64,000 nt of DNA from Deltaproteobacteria bacterium. GTDB lineage: Bacteria; Desulfobacterota; GWC2-55-46; DRQE01. How positions within the stretch are numbered: position 1 is the stretch's first letter; every line of letters begins with the position of its first letter. The notes beneath the pieces were generated by a model, which saw only the letters and a program-made list of their open reading frames with translations, had not been told where the DNA came from and did no database searches. The stretch covers positions 210,936 through 274,935 of the forward strand of contig JAOUFM010000003.1 in the NCBI GenBank assembly GCA_029858205.1. The letters run 5' to 3'. The position numbers and the translations under genes were made by a program. Shown piece after piece: positions 57,213 through 64,000 of the stretch.

Positions 57213-58016
57213 ATGGTAAAAATAGCGATAACCGGCGCTGCCGGAAGAATGGGCAAGGCCCTTGTAGCCGCAGTAACGCAAAACAACAGCGCAAAACTCG
57301 CGGGCGCGCTCGAAAAAGAAGGGCACGCTGCCGTTGGTAAAGACAGCGGCGAAGCAGCCGGAATAGAGGCAACGGGCGTAAAGATAACCGATTCGCCGGA
57401 AAAGGCGTTCAAGGACGCTGACATTATAATAGACTTTAGCGCTCCTGAGCCGACGCTACGCCACCTGGAAATTGTATCGAGCCTCAAAAAAGGCATCGTA
57501 ATCGGCACTACCGGGTTTTCACGCCATCACAAGGAGAAAATAGGCGAGGCTGCTGCTGCTACGCGCATCGTGCTCTCCCCGAACATGAGTATCGGCGTAA
57601 ACGTGCTCTTTAAGCTCGTTGCCGATTCCGCGCGCGTGCTCGGGCTTGACTACGACATCGAGATAGTCGAGAGCCACCACCGCCACAAGGTGGACGCGCC
57701 CTCGGGCACGGCGATGCGTCTTGCCGAGGTCGCTGCCGAAGCGCTAAAGAGAAACCTGGAAGAAGTTGCGGTCTACGGAAGAAAAGGCATCATAGGAGAA
57801 AGGAAACCCGAAGAGATAGGGATTCAAACGGTTCGCGGCGGCGACATAGTCGGAGACCATACGGTCATGTTCGCCGGAACCGGAGAGAGAATAGAACTAA
57901 TCCACAGGGCGCACACAAGGTCAACGTTCGCCTCCGGAGCCGTACGCGCTGCCATCTGGCTAAACAACAAGGCAAACGGACTCTACGACATGCAGGATGT
58001 GCTGGGACTCAAGTAA
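57213..58016 (+). CDS. dapB: 4-hydroxy-tetrahydrodipicolinate reductase
   Basis: VKIAITGAAGRMGKAL, IEIVESHHRHKVDAPSGTA and VRGGDIVGDHTVMF. Confidence 0.95.
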   Translation: MVKIAITGAAGRMGKALVAAVTQNNSAKLAGALEKEGHAAVGKDSGEAAGIEATGVKITDSPEKAFKDADIIIDFSAPEPTLRHLEIVSSLKKGIVIGTTGFSRHHKEKIGEAAAATRIVLSPNMSIGVNVLFKLVADSARVLGLDYDIEIVESHHRHKVDAPSGTAMRLAEVAAEALKRNLEEVAVYGRKGIIGERKPEEIGIQTVRGGDIVGDHTVMFAGTGERIELIHRAHTRSTFASGAVRAAIWLNNKANGLYDMQDVLGLK

Positions 58017-58062
58017 AGAAACCTGTCTTAAAAATCGCTAACACCATAAGGAGGTTATTACC

Positions 58063-58878
58063 GTGCTTAAAAGAATTCTTTTTGCGTTTACCCTGACCCT
58101 GATGCTCACAGCTTATTCTTCCCTGGCCCACGCCCTGACAACCGGCGCTCCGGATGTCGCCGAATGCGGCGCGTGCCACAAACTCAACATCGACGAGGCG
58201 GCAAGCCTCCTGGCCGTAGAAAAATTCAACGCCAAGGTCGTATCGGTAAAACCGGCGCAGATACTCGGGCTCTGGGAAGTAACCCTTGAACAGACCAATC
58301 CCCAGGACGCCTCGGTGCGCACAGTCACCGCGTATATGGACTTCGGCAAGAAGATGTTAGTGGAAGCGAGAATGACGCCGCTTTCCTCGCTCGGCGGCAA
58401 CGTCAAGATAGATATATCGAAGATTCCCTCAAAGGACGCCCTTATACTCGGCAACCCAAAGGCCAAGCACAAGGTCTTTATATTTACGGACCCGGACTGC
58501 CCGTATTGCAGAAAATTCCACGCCGAGGCCGTAAAAATAGCAAAGGATTTCAAGGACATAGCCTTTTACATAGTTCTCTTCCCGCTTGACATACACCCGG
58601 GGGCGTACGACAAGGCCCTGGCCATAAACTGCGAGAAATCGGTAAAGCTCCTCGAAGACGCTTTTGAGGGCAAGACGCTCGAGGCGGCAAAATGCGATTC
58701 GAAAAAGACGATAGACGCGAATTTGGCGGCCGGCAAGAACCTCGGCATCAGCGGCACTCCTGCCATCGTGTTCCCGGACGGCACGCTTAATTCCGGAACG
58801 CTGCCTTACGACGCGTTCATAAAGATGTTCGACCGGTTGATGAAGACGAAGTATTCGGAAAAACTCGAAAAGAAGTAG
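58063..58878 (+). CDS. periplasmic thiol:disulfide interchange protein, DsbC-like (thioredoxin fold)
   Basis: GTG start with an AGGAGG RBS, a signal peptide, thioredoxin motif DPDCPYCRKFH, and GISGTPAIVFPDG (cis-Pro loop). It also has an N-terminal CGACH motif. Confidence 0.75.
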   Translation: MLKRILFAFTLTLMLTAYSSLAHALTTGAPDVAECGACHKLNIDEAASLLAVEKFNAKVVSVKPAQILGLWEVTLEQTNPQDASVRTVTAYMDFGKKMLVEARMTPLSSLGGNVKIDISKIPSKDALILGNPKAKHKVFIFTDPDCPYCRKFHAEAVKIAKDFKDIAFYIVLFPLDIHPGAYDKALAINCEKSVKLLEDAFEGKTLEAAKCDSKKTIDANLAAGKNLGISGTPAIVFPDGTLNSGTLPYDAFIKMFDRLMKTKYSEKLEKK

Positions 58879-58902
58879 GCCCGATAGACGGTTTCCCGTA
58901 AA

Positions 58903-58977
58903 TGGAGCCGGCGGGGAGAATCGAACTCCCGACCTACTGATTACGAATCAGTTGCTCTGCCCCTGAGCTACGCCGGC
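58903..58977 (-). tRNA. tRNA-Thr (anticodon CGU)
   Basis: The minus-strand sequence is GCCGGCGTAGCTCAGGGGCAGAGCAACTGATTCGTAATCAGTAGGTCGGGAGTTCGATTCTCCCCGCCGGCTCCA. It has a 7-bp acceptor stem, an anticodon stem ACTGA/TCAGT with loop TTCGTAA, a T-arm GGGAG-TTCGATT-CTCCC, and an encoded CCA. Confidence 0.9.
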
Positions 58978-59046
58978 GATGCACGACAATGTAATATAGT
59001 AAAGTAAGGCCGTCCTTTTGTCAAGACCGGGGACGCCTTTTATACC

Positions 59047-60477
59047 ATGGAAACCTCGAGAGAACGAAAAGTCCTCATTGTCGACGACGACCCTCTGATA
59101 GTGGAAATGTCGGCGGCCCTGCTTGCTTCGGAGGGGCACTCGACGCGTCAGGCAAGGACCGGCCTCGAGGCATGCGAAACTGTGCGCTCCTGGCACCCGG
59201 ACGTCATTCTCCTCGACATCTCTCTTCCGATAATGAACGGCATAGAGGCATGCATGCGCATACGCGAGATGCAGCTCCCGCACAGACCTTCCATCATAAT
59301 GATATCGTCCATTTCCGACAAAGCCATCATCGCGGACACGCTTTTAAAAGGCGCCGACGACTTTATAACCAAGCCGTTCATAAAGATCGAGCTCTCTGCC
59401 AGGGTGGCTGCGCAGATCCGCCTCGTTGACATGTACAAGAGTCTCGATGCCGACAGAAGAAACCTCAAGGCCGTACTCGAGGTAACGAACTCGATTGGCA
59501 GTTCGCTAAACACCGCGTCGGTTTTAAGCACGATAGTCGGCAGGGTTGCGGAAATAACAAGCGCGATACGCTGCTCCATCGTGCTTATCTCGACTAACAA
59601 CGACGGTTACGTGCTTGCCTCTCACGAAAACCCGGAATTGAGGGACTTAAAGATAGACCTTTCGAAGTATCCCGAGATACAGCAGGTCATGAAGACTAAA
59701 AAGCCTCTTGCGCTAAACGACATCGCGCTGGATCCGATAATGTCGGGGGTCCAACCGCTTGTTTCCGACCTAAAGGGAATGAGCGTTCTCGTGCTTCCCA
59801 TAATAACCAACGAGGAAGTGCTCGGCACGCTGTTTTTGAGGGCCAGGCGTCTTACCGAAGGATTCTCGTCCGAAGAGATAAGCATCTGCCAGATAATCGC
59901 AAACGCCTCGTACAACGCCATAAGGAACGCCAGGCTCTTCGAGACCGTCGTAACGGAGCGGGAAATACTCAGGGAAATCTCAATTACAGACCAGCTGACA
60001 GGTCTATACAACCACAATTTTTTCTTCGGCAGGCTCGAAGAAGAATTCGACCGCGCCGTGCGCTACGAGAATAACCTTTCGCTTTTAATGATAGACATCG
60101 ACAACTTTAAGGGCATAAACGACCGCTACGGCCACCTTGTCGGCGATAAAGTGCTCTCCGGAATGTCGGAATTGATAAAAAAATGCGTGAGAAAAAGCGA
60201 CCTCGTTGCCAGGTACGGTGGCGAAGAGTTCTCGGTAATACTGCCGCAAACTCCGCTCGACGGCGCATTGACAGAGGCCGATAAGATACGCGCCTCCATT
60301 GCAGAACACAGCTACGGCGGCGTGATAAACGAAAAAGTAACGGTAAGCATCGGTGTGGCAGCCTTGCCGCACAAGACAATCGTTGAACCCGTTGACCTCG
60401 TTAACATCGCGGACAGGGCCCTATACAGGGCAAAAGGTTCGGGAAAGAACCGCGTACTGACCGAACAGACGAACTAA
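59047..60477 (+). CDS. response regulator receiver - GAF - GGDEF diguanylate cyclase
   Basis: The REC domain reads KVLIVDDDP...DVILLDISLP. A central GAF-like region follows. The GGDEF domain reads DQLTGLYNHNFF, IDIDNFKGINDRYGH and active-site RYGGEEF. Confidence 0.85.
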   Translation: METSRERKVLIVDDDPLIVEMSAALLASEGHSTRQARTGLEACETVRSWHPDVILLDISLPIMNGIEACMRIREMQLPHRPSIIMISSISDKAIIADTLLKGADDFITKPFIKIELSARVAAQIRLVDMYKSLDADRRNLKAVLEVTNSIGSSLNTASVLSTIVGRVAEITSAIRCSIVLISTNNDGYVLASHENPELRDLKIDLSKYPEIQQVMKTKKPLALNDIALDPIMSGVQPLVSDLKGMSVLVLPIITNEEVLGTLFLRARRLTEGFSSEEISICQIIANASYNAIRNARLFETVVTEREILREISITDQLTGLYNHNFFFGRLEEEFDRAVRYENNLSLLMIDIDNFKGINDRYGHLVGDKVLSGMSELIKKCVRKSDLVARYGGEEFSVILPQTPLDGALTEADKIRASIAEHSYGGVINEKVTVSIGVAALPHKTIVEPVDLVNIADRALYRAKGSGKNRVLTEQTN

Positions 60478-61757
60478 CGCTTTACCGGACCGTTTATCTT
60501 TATGGCGCAGAGGCTGCCGCACATAGAACAGACCTCCGTATCCGCAGGTGCGGCATTCGACCGCACGTAACGCGCTCTTTCGGGGTCCACGGAAAGCCTT
60601 ATCTGTGTTTCCCAATCGAGCGCCTTTCTTGCCTTGCTAAGCGCAATATCCTTTTCTATCGCTCCCCTGACGCCCTTTGCAACGTCCCCGGCATGCGCTG
60701 CTATTCTCGAAGCTATCACGCCCTGTCTTACGTCCTCGACACCCGGGAGCCCGAGGTGTTCGCTCGGAGTAACATAGCAGAGGAAATCGACTCCTTTACT
60801 CGCCGCTATGGCGCCGCCTATGGCGCTCGTTATATGGTCGTAACCGGGCGCGATGTCAGTAACAAGCGGCCCAAGCACGTAAAACGGCGCTCCGTTACAA
60901 AGCTTCTTTTGCAAGAGCACGTTGGCCTCTATCTGATCTATGGGCATGTGCCCCGGACCTTCTATCATCACCTGCACGCCGGAATCAAAGGCCTCTTTTG
61001 CGAGTTCGCCAAGGGTCATCAGTTCCTCGATTTGCGCCCTATCGGTTGCGTCAACAAGGGCCCCTGGCCTAAGACCGTCGCCAAGGCTTAAAACCATTTC
61101 GTACTTACGCGCGATTTTTACAAGACGCGGAAAATCTTCGTAAAGCGGGTTCTCTTTCTTATTGTAACGCATCCACTCTGCCGTGAGCGCGCCGCCCCTT
61201 GACACTATGCCCATCACGCGCCCCTGCTTATTAAGTCTCTCCACAGAGCGCATCGTAAGCCCCGAGTGCACGGTTATAAAATCAACACCATCCTCGGCAT
61301 GCTTTTCTATTCCATCGAAGAATTCCTCTTTCTCTATCTCTACAAACGATTTTCCTTTTTTAGCCGAATCCATGGCAGCCTGGTATACAGGAACGGTGCC
61401 AACCGGTATCGTGGAGGCAGCCATCACGGCCTTTCTTATGGCGTCGATATCTCCGCCTGTAGATAAATCCATCACAGCGTCGGCACCGGCGTCTATCGCT
61501 GCCTTTAGCTTTTCAAGCTCCATGGCAACGTCCATCCTGTCCTGCGAAGTGCCGATGTTGGCGTTTATCTTTGTCCTCAATCCTTTTCCAATGGCAAGCG
61601 GCTCGATTGCCTTACGCCTTTTCGAGTTGAGCGTGATTACCGCGGTGCCGTCTGCTATGCGGGCCCGCAATGTTTCCGCATCAACTCCTTCTTTTTTAGC
61701 GGTTATCTTTATTTCTTCGGTAATATTACCGCTTTTTGCAGCCTCGATGAGCGTCAT
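60474..61757 (-). CDS. thiC: phosphomethylpyrimidine synthase (short ThiC form)
   Basis: NANIGTS, MDLSTGG, VPVYQA, GPGHMP, DHITSAIGGA, CYVTPSEHLGLP, and the C-terminal CSMCGSLCA cluster motif. Confidence 0.95.
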   Translation of the reverse strand: MTLIEAAKSGNITEEIKITAKKEGVDAETLRARIADGTAVITLNSKRRKAIEPLAIGKGLRTKINANIGTSQDRMDVAMELEKLKAAIDAGADAVMDLSTGGDIDAIRKAVMAASTIPVGTVPVYQAAMDSAKKGKSFVEIEKEEFFDGIEKHAEDGVDFITVHSGLTMRSVERLNKQGRVMGIVSRGGALTAEWMRYNKKENPLYEDFPRLVKIARKYEMVLSLGDGLRPGALVDATDRAQIEELMTLGELAKEAFDSGVQVMIEGPGHMPIDQIEANVLLQKKLCNGAPFYVLGPLVTDIAPGYDHITSAIGGAIAASKGVDFLCYVTPSEHLGLPGVEDVRQGVIASRIAAHAGDVAKGVRGAIEKDIALSKARKALDWETQIRLSVDPERARYVRSNAAPADTEVCSMCGSLCAIKINGPVKR

Positions 61758-61771
61758 CTCTTCTTCTCCTG

Positions 61772-62395
61772 TTAAGCGTTTAAGGCACCAAGCAATTGCT
61801 TAGCGCTTTTTTCCGGGTCTTTGCTCGATGCTATGGCGGATATCACCGCAACTCCGCTTGCCCCGGCGTTTATTACTTCACCTATGTTATTTTCCTTTAT
61901 CCCGCCTATAGCAATAAGCGGTATCCTGATAACAGCCGCAGTTTTTTTCACTGGCTCAAGCCCTATGGGGCTTCCGTACGCGGCCTTACTCTCCGTAAAA
62001 TACACCGGCCCAAGCGTTACGAAATCCGCTCCGTCCGCCTCCGCCTTTAAAGCACCTTCGACACTGTGCGCGGACGCGCCTATCAAAAAACCCTTCGGAC
62101 AAATCCTTCTTGCGTCCGTAACAGGCATGCCTGCCTCGCCAAGGTGCGCTCCCTTCGCGCCAGAAGCAAGTGCAACGTCGATTCTATCGTTTACAAAAAC
62201 CTTTGCCCCATACTTGGCGGCAATCGCTTTTACTTTAACGGCAAGCTCGAATAACCTTGCCCCGTCAAGCCCCTTTTCCCTTATCTGCACGGCCCGGACG
62301 CCGGCTAACACTGCTTTTTCAACAACTCCGAGCGTATCAAAGCCTTTATCAGCCATTCCGTTGGTTATGAAATAAAGCTTTCGCTCAGGCCGCAT
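61772..62395 (-). CDS. thiE: thiamine-phosphate synthase
   Basis: LYFITN, VQIREK, VNDRIDVALA, GAHLG, IGASAHS, ADFVTLGPVY and IAIGGI. Confidence 0.9.
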   Translation of the reverse strand: MRPERKLYFITNGMADKGFDTLGVVEKAVLAGVRAVQIREKGLDGARLFELAVKVKAIAAKYGAKVFVNDRIDVALASGAKGAHLGEAGMPVTDARRICPKGFLIGASAHSVEGALKAEADGADFVTLGPVYFTESKAAYGSPIGLEPVKKTAAVIRIPLIAIGGIKENNIGEVINAGASGVAVISAIASSKDPEKSAKQLLGALNA

Positions 62396-63167
62396 CCCGT
62401 TTCCAGAGCCGCTTCCAGAATATTACCGCCACTACCGCCAGTATCAGCGCAATGCTAACTATCTGCGCTGCCTTCAAAGGCCCGAGCATCAGGCTGTCGG
62501 CCCTGAATGTTTCGACAAAAAGACGTCCTGCCGAATAAAGCGCGATGTAGAGCGCGAATACGAAGCCGTCTTTTCTTAAATTGTTCTGCTTTCTTATCTT
62601 CAGCCACAAAAACAGAAATATCGAAAAATTTATAAGAAGCTCATAAAGCATCACCGGATGAAGCGGTATGCCCGGATACTCGTCTCCCGCGATACTGCCG
62701 GCGGGGAACACCACGCCCCATGGAAGCGTTGTCGGCATGCCGTGCGCATCCCCGTTCATGAAGTTCCCGAACCGTCCGAACGCCTGCCCGAGTATTCCTG
62801 CCGGAGCAACGCAGTCGGCCATGGACCAGAACTTAACCTGTTTCCTCTTTAAAAAAAGATACCCGCCAAGAAGCCCGCCAATTATGCCGCCGTGTATCGC
62901 AAGCCCGCCGTGCCACACGGCAGGGATTTCCTTCAGATACTTCGAATAGAACTCCCAGTTGAACGCGACATAATATATGCGCGCAACAATTACACCTCCG
63001 GCCACCATCCAGACAACGAAGTTCATCACGTCATCGGGCGTTAGCTTTATCTCCTTACGCTTGACCTCGGACAATATGAGCCTGCTTCCGACCAGTATGG
63101 CTATGACATACATCAGGCCGTAGAAGCGTATCTCTATGGAGCCAAGACTTACAAGTACCGGATGCAC
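62385..63167 (-). CDS. lgt: prolipoprotein diacylglyceryl transferase
   Basis: IRFYGLMYVIAI, WHGGLAIHGGIIGG, FGRFGNFMNGDAHG and LPWGVVFP. 260 aa. Confidence 0.9.
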   Translation of the reverse strand: MHPVLVSLGSIEIRFYGLMYVIAILVGSRLILSEVKRKEIKLTPDDVMNFVVWMVAGGVIVARIYYVAFNWEFYSKYLKEIPAVWHGGLAIHGGIIGGLLGGYLFLKRKQVKFWSMADCVAPAGILGQAFGRFGNFMNGDAHGMPTTLPWGVVFPAGSIAGDEYPGIPLHPVMLYELLINFSIFLFLWLKIRKQNNLRKDGFVFALYIALYSAGRLFVETFRADSLMLGPLKAAQIVSIALILAVVAVIFWKRLWKRDAA

Positions 63168-63177
63168 TGCGTTTCTC

Positions 63178-63951
63178 CTATTCTATAAGCCCGCCAAGCG
63201 GGCTCGATGCCGTTGCGTAAAGCTTTCTCGGTATCCTGCCCGCTTTATATGCCAGCCTTCCTGCCTCAACGGCAAAACGCATGGCTTTAGCCATGGCTAC
63301 CGGGTCCTTTGCTCCGGCTATGCCCGTGTTCATCAAAACGCCGTCACACCCGAGCTCCAACGCTATGGCAGCGTCGGAAGCAGTGCCAACACCTGCATCC
63401 ACGATAACCGGCACCTTAATGGTCTCGAGTATTATTCTTATATTATACGGGTTCCGTATGCCAAGACCGCTGCCAATGGGCGCGGCAAGCGGCATCACTG
63501 CGGCGCAGCCGATATCTTCCAACTTCTTCGCCATGATAGGATCGTCGTTGGTATAGGGCAGCACGGTAAAACCTTCCTTAACGAGCTTTCTTGCGGCAAC
63601 GAGCAGTTCCTCATTATCAGGGAAAAGCGTTTTCTCGCTTCCTATGACCTCTAACTTCACGAGCTCTGTTTCAAGCGCCTCTCTGGCGAGCATGGAGGTG
63701 CGAATGGCGTCGTCTGCGGTGTAGCAGGCGGCGGTATTCGGGAGTATCGTATATTTCTTTCTGTCTATGTGCGTAAGAAAGGATTCCTCCTTACCGGTGA
63801 TATCAACGCGGCGCACGGCAACGGTCACGACCTCTGCGCCGGATTCTTCGAGCGCCTTTTTCATTATCTCGTTTGTCGGGTACTTGCCGCTGCCGACCAT
63901 CAGGCGCGACGTAAATTCGTATTTTCCTACTTTAAAAGTATCTTTCATCAT
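63178..63951 (-). CDS. thiG: thiazole synthase
   Basis: [46 protein letters not shown] and [17 protein letters not shown]. Confidence 0.95.
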   Translation of the reverse strand: MMKDTFKVGKYEFTSRLMVGSGKYPTNEIMKKALEESGAEVVTVAVRRVDITGKEESFLTHIDRKKYTILPNTAACYTADDAIRTSMLAREALETELVKLEVIGSEKTLFPDNEELLVAARKLVKEGFTVLPYTNDDPIMAKKLEDIGCAAVMPLAAPIGSGLGIRNPYNIRIILETIKVPVIVDAGVGTASDAAIALELGCDGVLMNTGIAGAKDPVAMAKAMRFAVEAGRLAYKAGRIPRKLYATASSPLGGLIE

Positions 63952-63968
63952 ATCCTCCGCTCTGCTTT

Positions 63969-64000
63969 TTATCCTCCGCCTACCATCTTCACTATCTCGA
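63969..64000 (-). CDS. thiS: sulfur-carrier protein ThiS, C-terminal fragment (gene continues beyond the window end)
   Basis: Manual minus-strand translation ends ...EIVKMVGGG-stop (stop at 63969-63971). The C-terminal Gly-Gly immediately upstream of thiG is the ThiS hallmark. Confidence 0.6.
   Translation of the reverse strand, partial: EIVKMVGGG

Noticed and set aside
58903-58977. tRNA-Thr as a possible integration hotspot marking a genomic island
   Set aside because: No integrase, direct repeat of the tRNA 3' end, or phage/IS gene was seen on either side. The flanking genes (dsbC-like, GGDEF regulator, the thi and dap operons) look like core genes.
61758-61771. TPP riboswitch expected upstream of thiC
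   Set aside because: Only 14 nt separate thiE and thiC, which is far too short for a THI element. Any riboswitch would have to lie upstream of thiS, beyond the window end.

Overview
This is a 64-kb bacterial chromosomal segment with about 65 genes, roughly mid-range GC by eye, and frequent ATA-Ile and CTC-Leu codons. The gene content looks like a non-model, probably anaerobic, Gram-negative lineage. It holds one tRNA and no rRNA, CRISPR array, transposase or integrase that I could see. (i) 1-17.9 kb is one long minus-strand surface-glycan cluster. It encodes a wHTH regulator, a nucleotide-sugar dehydrogenase, GDP-fucose genes (gmd, fcl), a Wzm/Wzt ABC exporter, a CMP-sialic-acid-type pathway (neuB, neuC, neuA), a GT1 and a capsule-synthesis-like protein. 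It also carries 5 confident and 2 possible methyltransferases, one of them CmoA-family. (ii) 18.1-24.2 kb is the most interesting region: a tightly packed five-gene plus-strand cassette. Its genes are a soluble Ycf46-like AAA+ ATPase fused to an FtsH-type M41 protease domain, a DUF1257-like protein, a DUF2997-like protein, an NrdG-like radical-SAM activase with no visible glycyl-radical partner, and a 927-aa helical-repeat plus Hsp70-like ATPase. I regard it as a candidate undescribed protein-targeting system (stress or defence), but novelty cannot be verified without database searches. (iii) 24.2-36.4 kb is housekeeping: hldC-like, comF, a split sensor plus histidine kinase, ftsY, nitroreductase, PilZ, cysS, ispF, ispD, carD, a glnB-glnA operon with a near-consensus sigma-54 promoter, and a YacP-like NYN protein. 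(iv) 36.5-42.9 kb holds three tandem paralogs of TMTC/PMT-like GT-C membrane proteins with TPR tails, next to a divergent Dpm1-like GT2. (v) 42.9-64 kb is housekeeping: RqcH-like NFACT, a DUF4105/DUF3015 pair, DUF2156, a TIGR01212 radical SAM, M29 aminopeptidase, mtgA, a frameshifted gmhA, argH, an unannotated small lipoprotein, lysA-dapF-dapA-dapB, DsbC-like, tRNA-Thr(CGU), REC-GAF-GGDEF, and thiS-thiG-lgt-thiE-thiC. All functional calls come from motif recognition by eye; no searches were run.
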